Source: Halarcobacter sp. (GTDB lineage Bacteria > Campylobacterota > Campylobacteria > Campylobacterales > Arcobacteraceae). From it: 64,000 nucleotides of DNA. Within the stretch, counting starts at the first letter, position 1. Every line of letters begins with the position of its first letter. Location of the stretch: contig OY781089.1 in the NCBI GenBank assembly GCA_963676565.1, positions 3,136,001 to 3,200,000 of the forward strand, read 5' to 3'. The notes under the pieces were generated by a model, which was not told the DNA's origin, made no database searches, and was given only the letters and a program-made list of their open reading frames with translations. Position numbers and translations under genes: made by a program. Of the stretch, positions 50,879 through 60,525 are shown in pieces.

Positions 50879-53437
50879 CTACATATAATTTAAATCTTCA
50901 GTTGCATCCTTATTTTGAATAATAGATTCAATTACTTCATCTGAAGAGTGGGTTTGTGGATTATTCTCATTATTTGAATTTTGCTCATTAGAGGATTGAT
51001 TATTTGAACTCTCATTTTGCATATTAAAATCAAGAGTAACTGTTGTTTGTGGATTATTAAAGTTTCTATTTATAGCATCCCTTAACATAGATTGATTTTC
51101 AACAAAAGCATCATGAGTAGAAGATTGAGATAAATTCATACTAATAGATATAGCATTCTCTTTATCAGCTTTCATTAAAATTGCAATATGTCCTAATTGA
51201 GCAGGGAATAAATTTATTCTAAATGCAGTTACAGGAGGTTTATAGTTTTCATACATATTTCTAGCTACATCAGACATCATACTTGACATTTGTTGTTGTG
51301 CACCAATAATTCTATTTTGAATTGTCATTGCTAAATTTGGATTCACATTTAAATTAACACTATTTGTCTCACTTGTAGAATTTGTATTTGTGCTTGTAGA
51401 AGAGGAATTAGTTACACTATTTGAAGCAATTTTTTGAGACTCTAAATTTTCTGCCGCTTTTTTAAGTAATTCTTCCACATTTAAATTTTTATTAAAAGCT
51501 AATTTATCCAATAAAGAAATTTTTTCTAAGTTTGGTTTAGTATTAGCTTGAGGTTCGGCTTTTACTGAACTTTCATCAACCTCAACTGATGTATCTTCTA
51601 AATTCAAATTTAAAATATTTGCACCTTTTTTTACATCTTCAATAGAAGATCCATCTTTTACAGTTTTAACACCCTCAGTTTTATTCGAAAGCATTTGATT
51701 ATATATTGAATTTTTTTGAGAACTTAAATATATATTTGTTGCAATATCATTATTGTTTTTATTTATAGTTCCTGGTTCAGGTGAAAGATTCTCTTGTAAA
51801 TTTGGATTTTTAGTAGATATTGTTTGAGCTTTTGCATTATCAAATAATCTATCCATCAATGATTTAGATTCTTGTTTTGGACTTTGAGCTTTAATATTTT
51901 CATCTTTGTTTGAAGATTCATTTAACTTTGAGATATCATCTTTTTTTAGATTTATTGTTTCATCGTTAGTATTTAAAGCTTGATTATCTAAATCAGAAAG
52001 CTTATTTTGAGTTGACCCAGAACTTACTTGTGAATTTGACTGTGAATTTGTATTATTTTGTTGTGTTGTATTTTTATCCGTTGATATATTTGTTTCTTGA
52101 GAACTATTATTTGCAACTTTTGTATTAGTATTATTTATTTCACTTTTTAGTTCAGTTTTAATCTCTTCTTTATTTGAAACACTTGACTTAGAATCCTCTT
52201 TTGAAATTGTAGTTTCAATATTCTCTTTTTTATTTAAGCTTATATCTTTTTCAACTTTTTTAGTATCATTTACAACTTCATCATCTAATTGTATATTTTG
52301 ATTTGGACTAGGTTTACTTTCTGTTTCTACCTTAGTTTTGATATCTTTTTTTAGTGGTTGAGATTCATCTGTTTTAGATTCTTGTGGTTTAGAATCTATT
52401 TTTTCAAGTTCATCAAAATTTATCTCCACTTGAGTTTGTGTAGAATTTATAGTTTTTGAATTATTTTCTTCTACTTTTTTAGTATCACTTGCATCTATAT
52501 CTTTTTTTGCTTCATTTACTAATTTATCTAATAATGAATTTGAATTTTCTGCTTTTGTCTCAGTTGATGGAGAAGAAGAATTCTGTTTTTCTTTTTTTGT
52601 CTCAGTTGTTGCATTTGTAGGAGAAGTACTATTTTGTTTTTCTTCTTTATTCTCACCTTTATTTTCTACAGTTTTTAAGTTTATTTCATCTTTTGCTTTT
52701 GAAACTAGCTTATCTAATAAAGAAGAATCTGACTTATTATCTTTAGTAGTTTTATTTTCTGTTTGTGCATCTTTTTCTTCTGGAACAACTTCTTTTATAC
52801 TTACTTTTTCATTTTCCTTTGAAGTTTCAATATTTGTCTTATCAACTATATTTAAATTTTTTTCTTCTGTTTTATTAACTTCTTGTTTAGTACTATTTAA
52901 ATCTTTTTCAATAGTTTGCCCTTTTGGCTCAACTTTTTCAGTGCTATTTTCTTTTATCTCAACACTATTTTTATTATTTGATTTTGTTTTTTGATTTGCT
53001 TCTAAAACCATTCTATCTAACATAGAATTTTTATTGATTGAAGGTTCACTAACCTTAGATTCTAAGTTTTTCTCTTTAGAGTCATTTGTACTAAGATTCT
53101 TAACTTCTTCTTTTGATTCTTTATTTTCAGAAGTTTTATTTTGAGATACTTTATTCTCTTGAGTTTTATCTATATTCTCATTTTTTGTTTGTGCTTGTTT
53201 ATTTTCAGTTTTATTATTAGTTTCAGCACTTGTTATTTGTTTTGATAAATCAGTATTTTGTTTAGATTTTTCATCTGATAAGTTTGTATTTTTGCTTTGA
53301 ATCTCATCTTTTGAACTAGTTAGTAAAGAATCAAAAAGAGATAATCCCTCTTTTTTTTCAGTTCCACTACTTTTTGTTCCAGAAGAAGCATTACTATCAG
53401 TTTTTGATAATGATAAAAAATCTATTTCTTTTGTCAT
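50879..53437 (-). CDS. fliK: Flagellar hook-length control protein (852 aa)
   Basis: Long low-complexity region; C-terminal INLFPAQLG domain; ends LNYM. Confidence 0.82.
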   Translation of the reverse strand: MTKEIDFLSLSKTDSNASSGTKSSGTEKKEGLSLFDSLLTSSKDEIQSKNTNLSDEKSKQNTDLSKQITSAETNNKTENKQAQTKNENIDKTQENKVSQNKTSENKESKEEVKNLSTNDSKEKNLESKVSEPSINKNSMLDRMVLEANQKTKSNNKNSVEIKENSTEKVEPKGQTIEKDLNSTKQEVNKTEEKNLNIVDKTNIETSKENEKVSIKEVVPEEKDAQTENKTTKDNKSDSSLLDKLVSKAKDEINLKTVENKGENKEEKQNSTSPTNATTETKKEKQNSSSPSTETKAENSNSLLDKLVNEAKKDIDASDTKKVEENNSKTINSTQTQVEINFDELEKIDSKPQESKTDESQPLKKDIKTKVETESKPSPNQNIQLDDEVVNDTKKVEKDISLNKKENIETTISKEDSKSSVSNKEEIKTELKSEINNTNTKVANNSSQETNISTDKNTTQQNNTNSQSNSQVSSGSTQNKLSDLDNQALNTNDETINLKKDDISKLNESSNKDENIKAQSPKQESKSLMDRLFDNAKAQTISTKNPNLQENLSPEPGTINKNNNDIATNIYLSSQKNSIYNQMLSNKTEGVKTVKDGSSIEDVKKGANILNLNLEDTSVEVDESSVKAEPQANTKPNLEKISLLDKLAFNKNLNVEELLKKAAENLESQKIASNSVTNSSSTSTNTNSTSETNSVNLNVNPNLAMTIQNRIIGAQQQMSSMMSDVARNMYENYKPPVTAFRINLFPAQLGHIAILMKADKENAISISMNLSQSSTHDAFVENQSMLRDAINRNFNNPQTTVTLDFNMQNESSNNQSSNEQNSNNENNPQTHSSDEVIESIIQNKDATEDLNYM

Positions 53438-53440
53438 TTT

Positions 53441-53899
53441 TTATGCTTTTAAAATCTCTAATGTTTTAGAATCAATATTCTTATGAGTATTGAAAGTTGC
53501 AACATTAGCTTCATATGACCGCATAGCCTCAATTAAATCAACCATCTCAACAACTGGGTTGATATTTGGGTATGCAACATAACCATCTTCATTTGCATCG
53601 GGATGAGAAGGTTCGTATTTCATAACTGGTTCAGCATCATTTTCTACTATAGATTTTACACCTACACCTCTTAATTCAGCACTAGTATTTTTATTATTTG
53701 TTTCTTGTAAGTTATTATTAAGATTTTTAGTATTATTAACTAAAAGTTCTTCAAATACAACATTTTGTTTTTTATATGGTCCACCAGCTTCTGTATGAGT
53801 AGTCTTTGCATTTGCAATATTTGCACTTACTACATTAATTCTTGTTCTTTGTGCACCCATTCCAGAAGAAGCAATATTATATCCATCAAATAAACCCAT
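53441..53899 (-). CDS. flgC: Basal-body rod protein
   Basis: ANIANA, PSHPDA, YPNIN, RSYEAN. Confidence 0.96.
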   Translation of the reverse strand: MGLFDGYNIASSGMGAQRTRINVVSANIANAKTTHTEAGGPYKKQNVVFEELLVNNTKNLNNNLQETNNKNTSAELRGVGVKSIVENDAEPVMKYEPSHPDANEDGYVAYPNINPVVEMVDLIEAMRSYEANVATFNTHKNIDSKTLEILKA

Positions 53900-53912
53900 C
53901 TAAAGCCTCCAA

Positions 53913-54209
53913 TTAAACTTGCATCTTACTGATTTCTTTATATGCATTTATAGCTTTATTTTTTACTTCTAATGCTAATTTTAAAGATAACTCAGCTTCT
54001 TCTATTTTTTGAACAGCTTCTTGAAGATTCTTAACATTTCCAGTTGCGATACCTTCCATAGCTTTATAACCTTCAACTTGACTAGTATTAACTTCTTTCA
54101 TAGCATCATTTAACATCCCAGAAAAAGTTGCACCATCATTTTTTTGAGTAGGATTTGCTTGGTTTTTTGTTAATGAACCTATTGAGTTTGCGATTGAAGA
54201 AATATTCAT
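53913..54209 (-). CDS. fliE: Hook-basal body protein
   Basis: EVKNKAINAYKEISKMQV. Confidence 0.93.
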   Translation of the reverse strand: MNISSIANSIGSLTKNQANPTQKNDGATFSGMLNDAMKEVNTSQVEGYKAMEGIATGNVKNLQEAVQKIEEAELSLKLALEVKNKAINAYKEISKMQV

Positions 54210-54217
54210 CTAAATCC

Positions 54218-54541
54218 TTAATTTGTTTTCTTACCAACATTTTGTGCATCTTGCACACCAAGTTCAGCCATCATTGCATTTATTTTTTCTTCATTATATT
54301 TAAAGTTTAGTTCTTCTCTTCTATTATCTAAGTTAAAAAGTAAAATTATTAAAGAAAGCATCATATTTGAAACTCCCTTAAGTACAATAGTTACACCAAT
54401 AATACCAAAAATCATCTCTAAGGGTGTGTATAAATCTGCATTAATCACAAAAAATATTAAAGTGGCAAAAAAGCCAGTGGCAATATAAAGTCTAAAAACA
54501 CCACTATTAATTACATTTTGTGAAAATCTTTCTACTACCAT
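54218..54541 (-). CDS. Hypothetical 2-TM protein in flagellar cluster
   Basis: Two hydrophobic helices then charged tail; AGGT RBS. Confidence 0.78.
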   Translation of the reverse strand: MVVERFSQNVINSGVFRLYIATGFFATLIFFVINADLYTPLEMIFGIIGVTIVLKGVSNMMLSLIILLFNLDNRREELNFKYNEEKINAMMAELGVQDAQNVGKKTN

Positions 54542-54597
54542 AGACTACCTATGTAAAATAAAAAAATATTTGATATTGATGCACACACAAATAAACC

Positions 54598-55413
54598 TTA
54601 CTTTAAATCGTTTAGTAATGTGTCAATCACCTTTTGTAGTTCTCTAGTTATTTGATCATTTTGGAACTCATGAACAAATAATTTTCTTAATCTTGACGTC
54701 GTAGATATATTAGCTGATGTTGAAACATTACCTATATATTTTACCATAAAATTTGAATTTAACAAATTTTTTTTAGCTAAATTAACTAAAGATTTAGAAA
54801 TTGTCTCACCAATTTGGTAACTTTTTGTATGATTAAAGCATAATAATAAACTTTTTTTATCAATTGAAAGTAATTTCATCAATGCATACACATCAGTTAA
54901 GGCAGATGGGTCAGTTGTTGTAAGAGCTAAAATATTATCTGAAACCGATAAAAATTCCTGAACATATTCATTTAATCCTGCACCTGTGTCAATTAAAACA
55001 ATATCATAATTATTATATTCTTTAATATCCTGAACAATTCTACTTAAAACAAGTGAGTTACTTAAACTAGCATACTGATAGCCACTTTTTCCTGCAATCA
55101 AAGATAAATTTGCATAAGCTGTGTTTGAGACAACTTCACTAATTGAATTTCTACCTTCAATATAATCAAATAGAGTTAGTTTTGGCTTTAAATCAAATAA
55201 AACTTGTAAGTTTGCTAATCCTATATCTGCATCAACTACCACAACTTTAAAACCTCGTTTAGCTAATAAATAGGCGATATTTGCTGTGAAAGTTGATTTA
55301 CCAACTCCCCCTTTTCCAGAGGTAATTGTAATAACCTTTGTTTTACTAATATTATTTTTAGGTTTTGTTAAATTAATTAATTTACTAGCTTGAGAAGAGA
55401 TCGAATTAAACAA
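54598..55413 (-). CDS. flhG: MinD-like flagellar ATPase
   Basis: SGKGGVGKS, DADIGLAN, follows flhF. Confidence 0.92.
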   Translation of the reverse strand: MFNSISSQASKLINLTKPKNNISKTKVITITSGKGGVGKSTFTANIAYLLAKRGFKVVVVDADIGLANLQVLFDLKPKLTLFDYIEGRNSISEVVSNTAYANLSLIAGKSGYQYASLSNSLVLSRIVQDIKEYNNYDIVLIDTGAGLNEYVQEFLSVSDNILALTTTDPSALTDVYALMKLLSIDKKSLLLCFNHTKSYQIGETISKSLVNLAKKNLLNSNFMVKYIGNVSTSANISTTSRLRKLFVHEFQNDQITRELQKVIDTLLNDLK

Positions 55414-55416
55414 ATG

Positions 55417-56568
55417 TTATCTCCTAGCACAAGCATTATTCATAAAACAATCAATTAAAAAAGATGAGTCAGAAACAATTAAATCATCTGGTACATTTTG
55501 ACCAATAGAAAAATATGTAATTGATTTTTTAGTTTTATGAGCGAAAGAGATTAAATTCCCAAAACTTCTAGTTTCATCTAGTTTTGTAAAGGTTAAAAAA
55601 TCAATATTTAATCTTGAATAATTTGTATAAATATCAATTAAATCACTATGCTTTACATTTGCTGGTAAAACTAAAACTTTTTCAATAGGTAACTCACTTA
55701 CTCTATTTTGAAACTCATTTACAAGTTCAATTTTATCAACATCATATTGACTAGATCCAGCTGTATCTATAAAAATATAATTACAATCTTTTAGTCTTAA
55801 TAAAGCTTCAACTAACTCTTCTGGTTTTTTTACAACCTCTAAAGGAAGTCTCATAATATTTGTATATGCTTGTAGTTGTTCTATTGCACCAACTCTAAAT
55901 GAATCTAAAGTTACAATTCCTACTTTATAGTTTTGTCCTAATTTATAAGCATATCTTGCAGCTAATTTTGCAATAGTCGTTGTCTTTCCAACTCCAGTTG
56001 GTCCAACCATCATTATGATTTTTCTTTGATGTTTTCTTAATGGAATCTCTTGTTTAATAGGTATAATTCTTCTTAAAATCAATTTGAAAAAATCGTTTAC
56101 CTTTTTAGGATTTGCTTTCAAAGCAACAGGTAGCTGTCTTATTGTCTTTTTCATAATTGTATAAGTCATTTCTTGATCAAATTCATTTTGCTCGAAAAGA
56201 TTATAAATGTCAACAAACTCTGGAGGTATAGTTAAATCATACAATTGACTTTTAGGATCCCATAAACTTTTTTGAACCTGAACAATGGCATCTTGCATCT
56301 TAAGAATTTCTTCTCTAAAGTCGTAAACTTTTGCATTAAAGTTTGTTTGTCCAGCTTGCTTTGGTTTTACAGAGATTTGTTTAGTAGGAATAGTTGATTG
56401 CTTGTATTCATCTTCAATGGCAACAACAACTTCATACATATCCTTTGTACCATCATTTGCACTTGATATTTTTTTTGTTGATACTACAATTGCATCCTCT
56501 CCACACTCATCTTGAGCATTTTTTAGAGCAATAGTTGGTGTCTCACCTAAAAAAGAGAGCATATTCAT
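55417..56568 (-). CDS. flhF: Flagellar SRP-type GTPase
   Basis: GPTGVGKTTT, DTAG, TKLDE, GQNVPDD. Confidence 0.96.
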   Translation of the reverse strand: MNMLSFLGETPTIALKNAQDECGEDAIVVSTKKISSANDGTKDMYEVVVAIEDEYKQSTIPTKQISVKPKQAGQTNFNAKVYDFREEILKMQDAIVQVQKSLWDPKSQLYDLTIPPEFVDIYNLFEQNEFDQEMTYTIMKKTIRQLPVALKANPKKVNDFFKLILRRIIPIKQEIPLRKHQRKIIMMVGPTGVGKTTTIAKLAARYAYKLGQNYKVGIVTLDSFRVGAIEQLQAYTNIMRLPLEVVKKPEELVEALLRLKDCNYIFIDTAGSSQYDVDKIELVNEFQNRVSELPIEKVLVLPANVKHSDLIDIYTNYSRLNIDFLTFTKLDETRSFGNLISFAHKTKKSITYFSIGQNVPDDLIVSDSSFLIDCFMNNACARR

Positions 56569-56963
56569 TGTAGTCTTCCATCTTTATAAATTTTTTCAAT
56601 TTTTCCATCAATCTTTTTTATTTTAATATATTCATCATTTTCATAAATAACTTCACCAGGTCTTTCCACTTCAATAGCTCCAAAATTAAATAAAACTGAT
56701 TTTTTTGTATACTCTTCAACATCCTTTGAACATAAAACTGTACCTTTTCTTAAATATCTTTTTGCCAATAATTTATTTGATTTAAAATCTGATATTTCCA
56801 AAGGAATACAATATTTTTTTACACTTGATACATTTGCAGGTATTAGCATTGAAGCATCAATAACTTCATGAAAATCAATATCTTTTGTTGTTTTAACAAC
56901 TTCAATTGCATATAAATTTATAGAAAAAAAAGTAATGAGCAAAAGGGTTTTAAGCCTTAACAT
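56565..56963 (-). CDS. Short FlgA-like (SAF domain) periplasmic protein
   Basis: Signal peptide from ATG 56963; AKRYLRKGTVL SAF-like segment; context. Confidence 0.55.
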   Translation of the reverse strand: MLRLKTLLLITFFSINLYAIEVVKTTKDIDFHEVIDASMLIPANVSSVKKYCIPLEISDFKSNKLLAKRYLRKGTVLCSKDVEEYTKKSVLFNFGAIEVERPGEVIYENDEYIKIKKIDGKIEKIYKDGRLQ

Positions 56964-57327
56964 TAAAAAAGTTACCCCCGTTGTTATCTGTAATTTCATC
57001 TACTATATCTTTATACATTTGTTGAATTGGTTGAACAATCATAGCTAGTTTTCTATTTAATTCATAAAGTCTTTTTAACTCGGCTTCTAAATTATCTACT
57101 TGGTCTCTATAAATATTTACATCAACGCCATTTTGTAATTCGTTAACAATCTCTTGATTTAAACGTTTCTTATAAAGAGTTATTTTCTCAATCATATCTT
57201 GTTTTTCATCATTTCGATTTAAAAGTTGGGTATGTTTTGCTTGTTTTATATCTTCTATATCTTGAAGTATAAAATTTTGCATTTTGTTTACAAGTTCAAT
57301 CATCTCTTTTACAATAGTTTCAACCAT
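56950..57327 (-). CDS. FlgN-like export chaperone
   Basis: Helical; DIEDIKQAKH, LYELNRKLA; context. Confidence 0.65.
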   Translation of the reverse strand: MVETIVKEMIELVNKMQNFILQDIEDIKQAKHTQLLNRNDEKQDMIEKITLYKKRLNQEIVNELQNGVDVNIYRDQVDNLEAELKRLYELNRKLAMIVQPIQQMYKDIVDEITDNNGGNFFNVKA

Positions 57328-57339
57328 AATTTACTCTTT

Positions 57340-57639
57340 TTACTTTCGTTCTGATAAAAAATTATAAAGCATATCGCTTAAGCCAACTGTACCTGTAGAT
57401 TGTCTTGCAACTGCTTCTGTATATAAACCTTTTATAATATCAGAGCCACTTCCTTCACCTGCAATTGGAGTAGATTTTAGTGAAATATCTAAAAGTTGTT
57501 GCATAAAAAAAGCTTCAAAATCATCTGTAACTTTTCTTAAAGAATCATCTTGCAATTTTGAACTATCAATGTTCTTATATTTATCCGTTGGATTAGTTTT
57601 AATAGTGTTTATATCAACTAAATTTGTATTTATTTCCAT
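57340..57639 (-). CDS. flgJ: Rod-binding protein (FlgJ N-terminal-like)
   Basis: LRKVTDDFEAFFMQQLL, GLSDMLYNFL. Confidence 0.8.
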   Translation of the reverse strand: MEINTNLVDINTIKTNPTDKYKNIDSSKLQDDSLRKVTDDFEAFFMQQLLDISLKSTPIAGEGSGSDIIKGLYTEAVARQSTGTVGLSDMLYNFLSERK

Positions 57640-57641
57640 TT

Positions 57642-58415
57642 CTACTCCACTCTGTCAAAGAAGTTTTCTTCACTTAAAAGTTCTTCTTGATTATCTTGAG
57701 AGAAAAATCTCATCTCAACTCTTCTATTATCAGATGCCTTTTCACTTTTTGGATGATAAGAAGCATATGCAGAAACTTTTAAAATAGAAGGGTCTATTCT
57801 ATTTTTAATAAGCTCTTTTACAACTTCAATTGAACGCAAGGCAGAAATATCCCAGTTATCTCTAGGAATTTTATCATCACTATACGGACTTGCAGAGGTA
57901 TGTCCTATAACTTCAATATTGTAAGTTTGAGGCATCGTTCTAATAACTCTTGCAATTTTAGCAATAAATCTTTTTGCATTTGAATTTGTTAAAAGATATT
58001 CTCCCTCTTCAAAAATTATAGTTGATGGAATATCTAATGTAAACTCATTTTTCCCTTTTTCTAATTTAATTTGCTCAGTCTCTTCGGCATTATTTTCATT
58101 TATTTGTTCAACTAAATCAGAAACTTCCTCTGCAGCTTGTTGCATAGAATTATCTGTTGAATCTACACTATCATCTTGAGAGCTACTATTTTGGGTTGAA
58201 TATTTTTCAGATTGAGTTTCAACATCAGTTGAAGCATCAATAAAACCCATTGCTTTTCTCATTACATCAAAATACTCTTCTACTTTTTTCTTATCCATAA
58301 CTGCCATAGATAAAAGTAAAATAAAAAAAGTAAGTAAAAGTGACATTAAGTCACCAAATTGAACTAACCAACCTGGTAAACATTTTGGACACTCAGGACA
58401 TTTATCTTTTGCCAT
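57642..58415 (-). CDS. motB: Flagellar stator B subunit
   Basis: WLVQFGDLMSLLLTFF TM; OmpA-like GHT, NWDISALR, NRRVE. Confidence 0.93.
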   Translation of the reverse strand: MAKDKCPECPKCLPGWLVQFGDLMSLLLTFFILLLSMAVMDKKKVEEYFDVMRKAMGFIDASTDVETQSEKYSTQNSSSQDDSVDSTDNSMQQAAEEVSDLVEQINENNAEETEQIKLEKGKNEFTLDIPSTIIFEEGEYLLTNSNAKRFIAKIARVIRTMPQTYNIEVIGHTSASPYSDDKIPRDNWDISALRSIEVVKELIKNRIDPSILKVSAYASYHPKSEKASDNRRVEMRFFSQDNQEELLSEENFFDRVE

Positions 58416-58426
58416 AAGTTTTTTTT

Positions 58427-59182
58427 CTACTCTTCAATTTCAACAAGAATCGAATTTAGTTGCATTTTAATATTTCCAATTGATTCTTCAGCTGCAATCA
58501 TAGTTGCACCTTTTATTATAACTTCACAAGTATCAACTTCTTTTTTATGCTTTTGAGCAAGCTTACTCTCAATAATACCAGCAAATAAAGTACCAACTAA
58601 TGCACCATACATTGTTGTAAGTAAAGCAACCGCCATAGCTGGACCAACAGCAGCTGGATCTGAAAGGTTAGCAAGCATTGCAACTAGACCAACAAGAGTA
58701 CCAATCATTCCCATTGCCCCTGCGGTACCACCTACATTACCAAATAAACCAATCATAGTTTCATGTCTTTTTGACATATATTCTAATTTTGTTTCTAATA
58801 AAGGTTGAAGAGTTTCAGCTTTTGTACCATCAACTAATAACTGAAAAGCTTCTTTGAAAAAAGGATTTGATTCTTCTAAAACTTTTTGCTCAATATGCAT
58901 TACGCCATGTTTTTTAATCTCTGTAGCATAAAAAGTGATTTTTTCAACTAATTCAGGTAATGGTTCAAATTTCACTTCATTTAAAGCAACTTTCATTGCA
59001 GGAGTAACTCTTTTTAAATCACTTCCTTCAAATTGACCTGCCGTTACAGCTATTGTACCACCAAGAACAATAACAACAGAAGGGATATCAATATAAGGAC
59101 CAAATCCTACACCACCTAATATAATTGCAAGGGCAACAAGGGCCCAACCACCACCTAAACCACCAGCTGTACTCTTATCCAT
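58427..59182 (-). CDS. motA: Flagellar stator A subunit (PomA-like)
   Basis: GMIGTLVGLVAML, GPAMAVALLTTMYG. Confidence 0.94.
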   Translation of the reverse strand: MDKSTAGGLGGGWALVALAIILGGVGFGPYIDIPSVVIVLGGTIAVTAGQFEGSDLKRVTPAMKVALNEVKFEPLPELVEKITFYATEIKKHGVMHIEQKVLEESNPFFKEAFQLLVDGTKAETLQPLLETKLEYMSKRHETMIGLFGNVGGTAGAMGMIGTLVGLVAMLANLSDPAAVGPAMAVALLTTMYGALVGTLFAGIIESKLAQKHKKEVDTCEVIIKGATMIAAEESIGNIKMQLNSILVEIEE

Positions 59183-59185
59183 ATG

Positions 59186-60085
59186 CTAAAATCCTATTTG
59201 GCTTAATCTTGTTGAGCCATTTCCAATGTTTTTAACTTTTAAACCAAATTTTCCTTCAACAATTACGGCTTCACCTTCACCTATTTTAACACCATTTACT
59301 AATATTTCAAGGGGTTCATTAACCATTTGTTCTAATTCAATAATCTCACCAATATCCCATCTAAGAATATCTTTTAATAAAAAGTTTTTCGTACCTAACC
59401 TTACACTAAGCTTTAACTTTATATCAAATAACAATTGTAAGTTTTCAGCTGATTCTTCAGACAGTAAAGAACTAATCCCTAAAGGTGATGAAGAGCTTGA
59501 AGAAGTGTTTGTATTTTGTACATTATTGTTCGTTGGCGCTACCTTAGCTTCTGCTGTAGTTTCCTCTTTCCCTGTGATTCCAGACAAATATGGCAAAGCA
59601 AGTTCATCAAAAGCCACATAAATAGGTAGTTTTTCTCCATCTAAAGTTAAATCAAAAAAATAACTATTTTCTAAACCTTTTAATTCACTGCAATCTTTTA
59701 TAACAGAACCTAAAACTTCAGACTTTATTGATAATATATCAGCAAAACCTTGAGCATTAACGCTAGTACATAAACTTCCACAAACGTTTGCTATAATTTC
59801 ATTTACTGCATCAGTAATCTCATCATCAATATGTTCTTTTAGATCTCCCATACCACCTAACATAAAATATTCAAATTTTGTTGCAGTATTTGTTGGTATA
59901 AAAAATTTCCATATTGATGAAATATCTGAAAAGTCAAATTTAATTGATACTTCAATACACTGTGAATCTTCCAATTCCTGGGCTTTAGATTCATTTATTG
60001 AATCTATAATTACTTTTTTTGAAAGTAATTGCTCAAGGGTATTGGCTAATTCATCTTTTAAAAAACTTGATAAATCTGACGCCAA
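59186..60085 (-). CDS. fliY: Flagellar switch protein FliY/FliN
   Basis: CheC-like N-terminal region plus C-terminal SpoA domain (LSVRLG, GEIIEL, GEAVIV). Confidence 0.8.
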   Translation of the reverse strand: MASDLSSFLKDELANTLEQLLSKKVIIDSINESKAQELEDSQCIEVSIKFDFSDISSIWKFFIPTNTATKFEYFMLGGMGDLKEHIDDEITDAVNEIIANVCGSLCTSVNAQGFADILSIKSEVLGSVIKDCSELKGLENSYFFDLTLDGEKLPIYVAFDELALPYLSGITGKEETTAEAKVAPTNNNVQNTNTSSSSSSPLGISSLLSEESAENLQLLFDIKLKLSVRLGTKNFLLKDILRWDIGEIIELEQMVNEPLEILVNGVKIGEGEAVIVEGKFGLKVKNIGNGSTRLSQIGF

Positions 60086-60105
60086 GAAATAACCTTTTTA
60101 TTTTA

Positions 60106-60423
60106 CTAATTGTCTTTTGATGACTTTTCTAATTCACTTAAGATAAAAGCTTTAACTTTCATCATATCTTCTGTTGGATATTTGTATTCAGCCTCACCTC
60201 TAGTTACTTTAACAAAAAAATCTTTTGAATTTTTGTTGTAACCAAATCTTACATTATCCAAAATAACTTCATTAGGCTCAGTACCTTGGGGACTACCTTG
60301 AACTTTTTTATATTGATCATCCTGAATCACTTTTTCCTTATCATCAACCTCTTTTACAGTCTTGATTTTCTCCACATGATTCGTTTTTGCTTGATCAATT
60401 TCAGCAATTCTTCCAATTTCCAT
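60106..60423 (-). CDS. flaG: FlaG family protein
   Basis: VRFGYN, FFVKV, YPTEDMM; GGAGG RBS. Confidence 0.7.
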   Translation of the reverse strand: MEIGRIAEIDQAKTNHVEKIKTVKEVDDKEKVIQDDQYKKVQGSPQGTEPNEVILDNVRFGYNKNSKDFFVKVTRGEAEYKYPTEDMMKVKAFILSELEKSSKDN

Positions 60424-60525
60424 AATACCCTCCTTTAAAAAGTATAGAGTTGTAGATATTATATCAAAAAAAGATTAAATTAATTTTTTAATTAATAAAA
60501 AATAATAAATATTATATGTATGAAG

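Noticed and set aside
59226..59621. 131-aa + strand ORF and similar antisense ORFs over pgl, galU, feoB, clpA, flhA, flhB
   Set aside because: Reverse-frame artefacts of real genes
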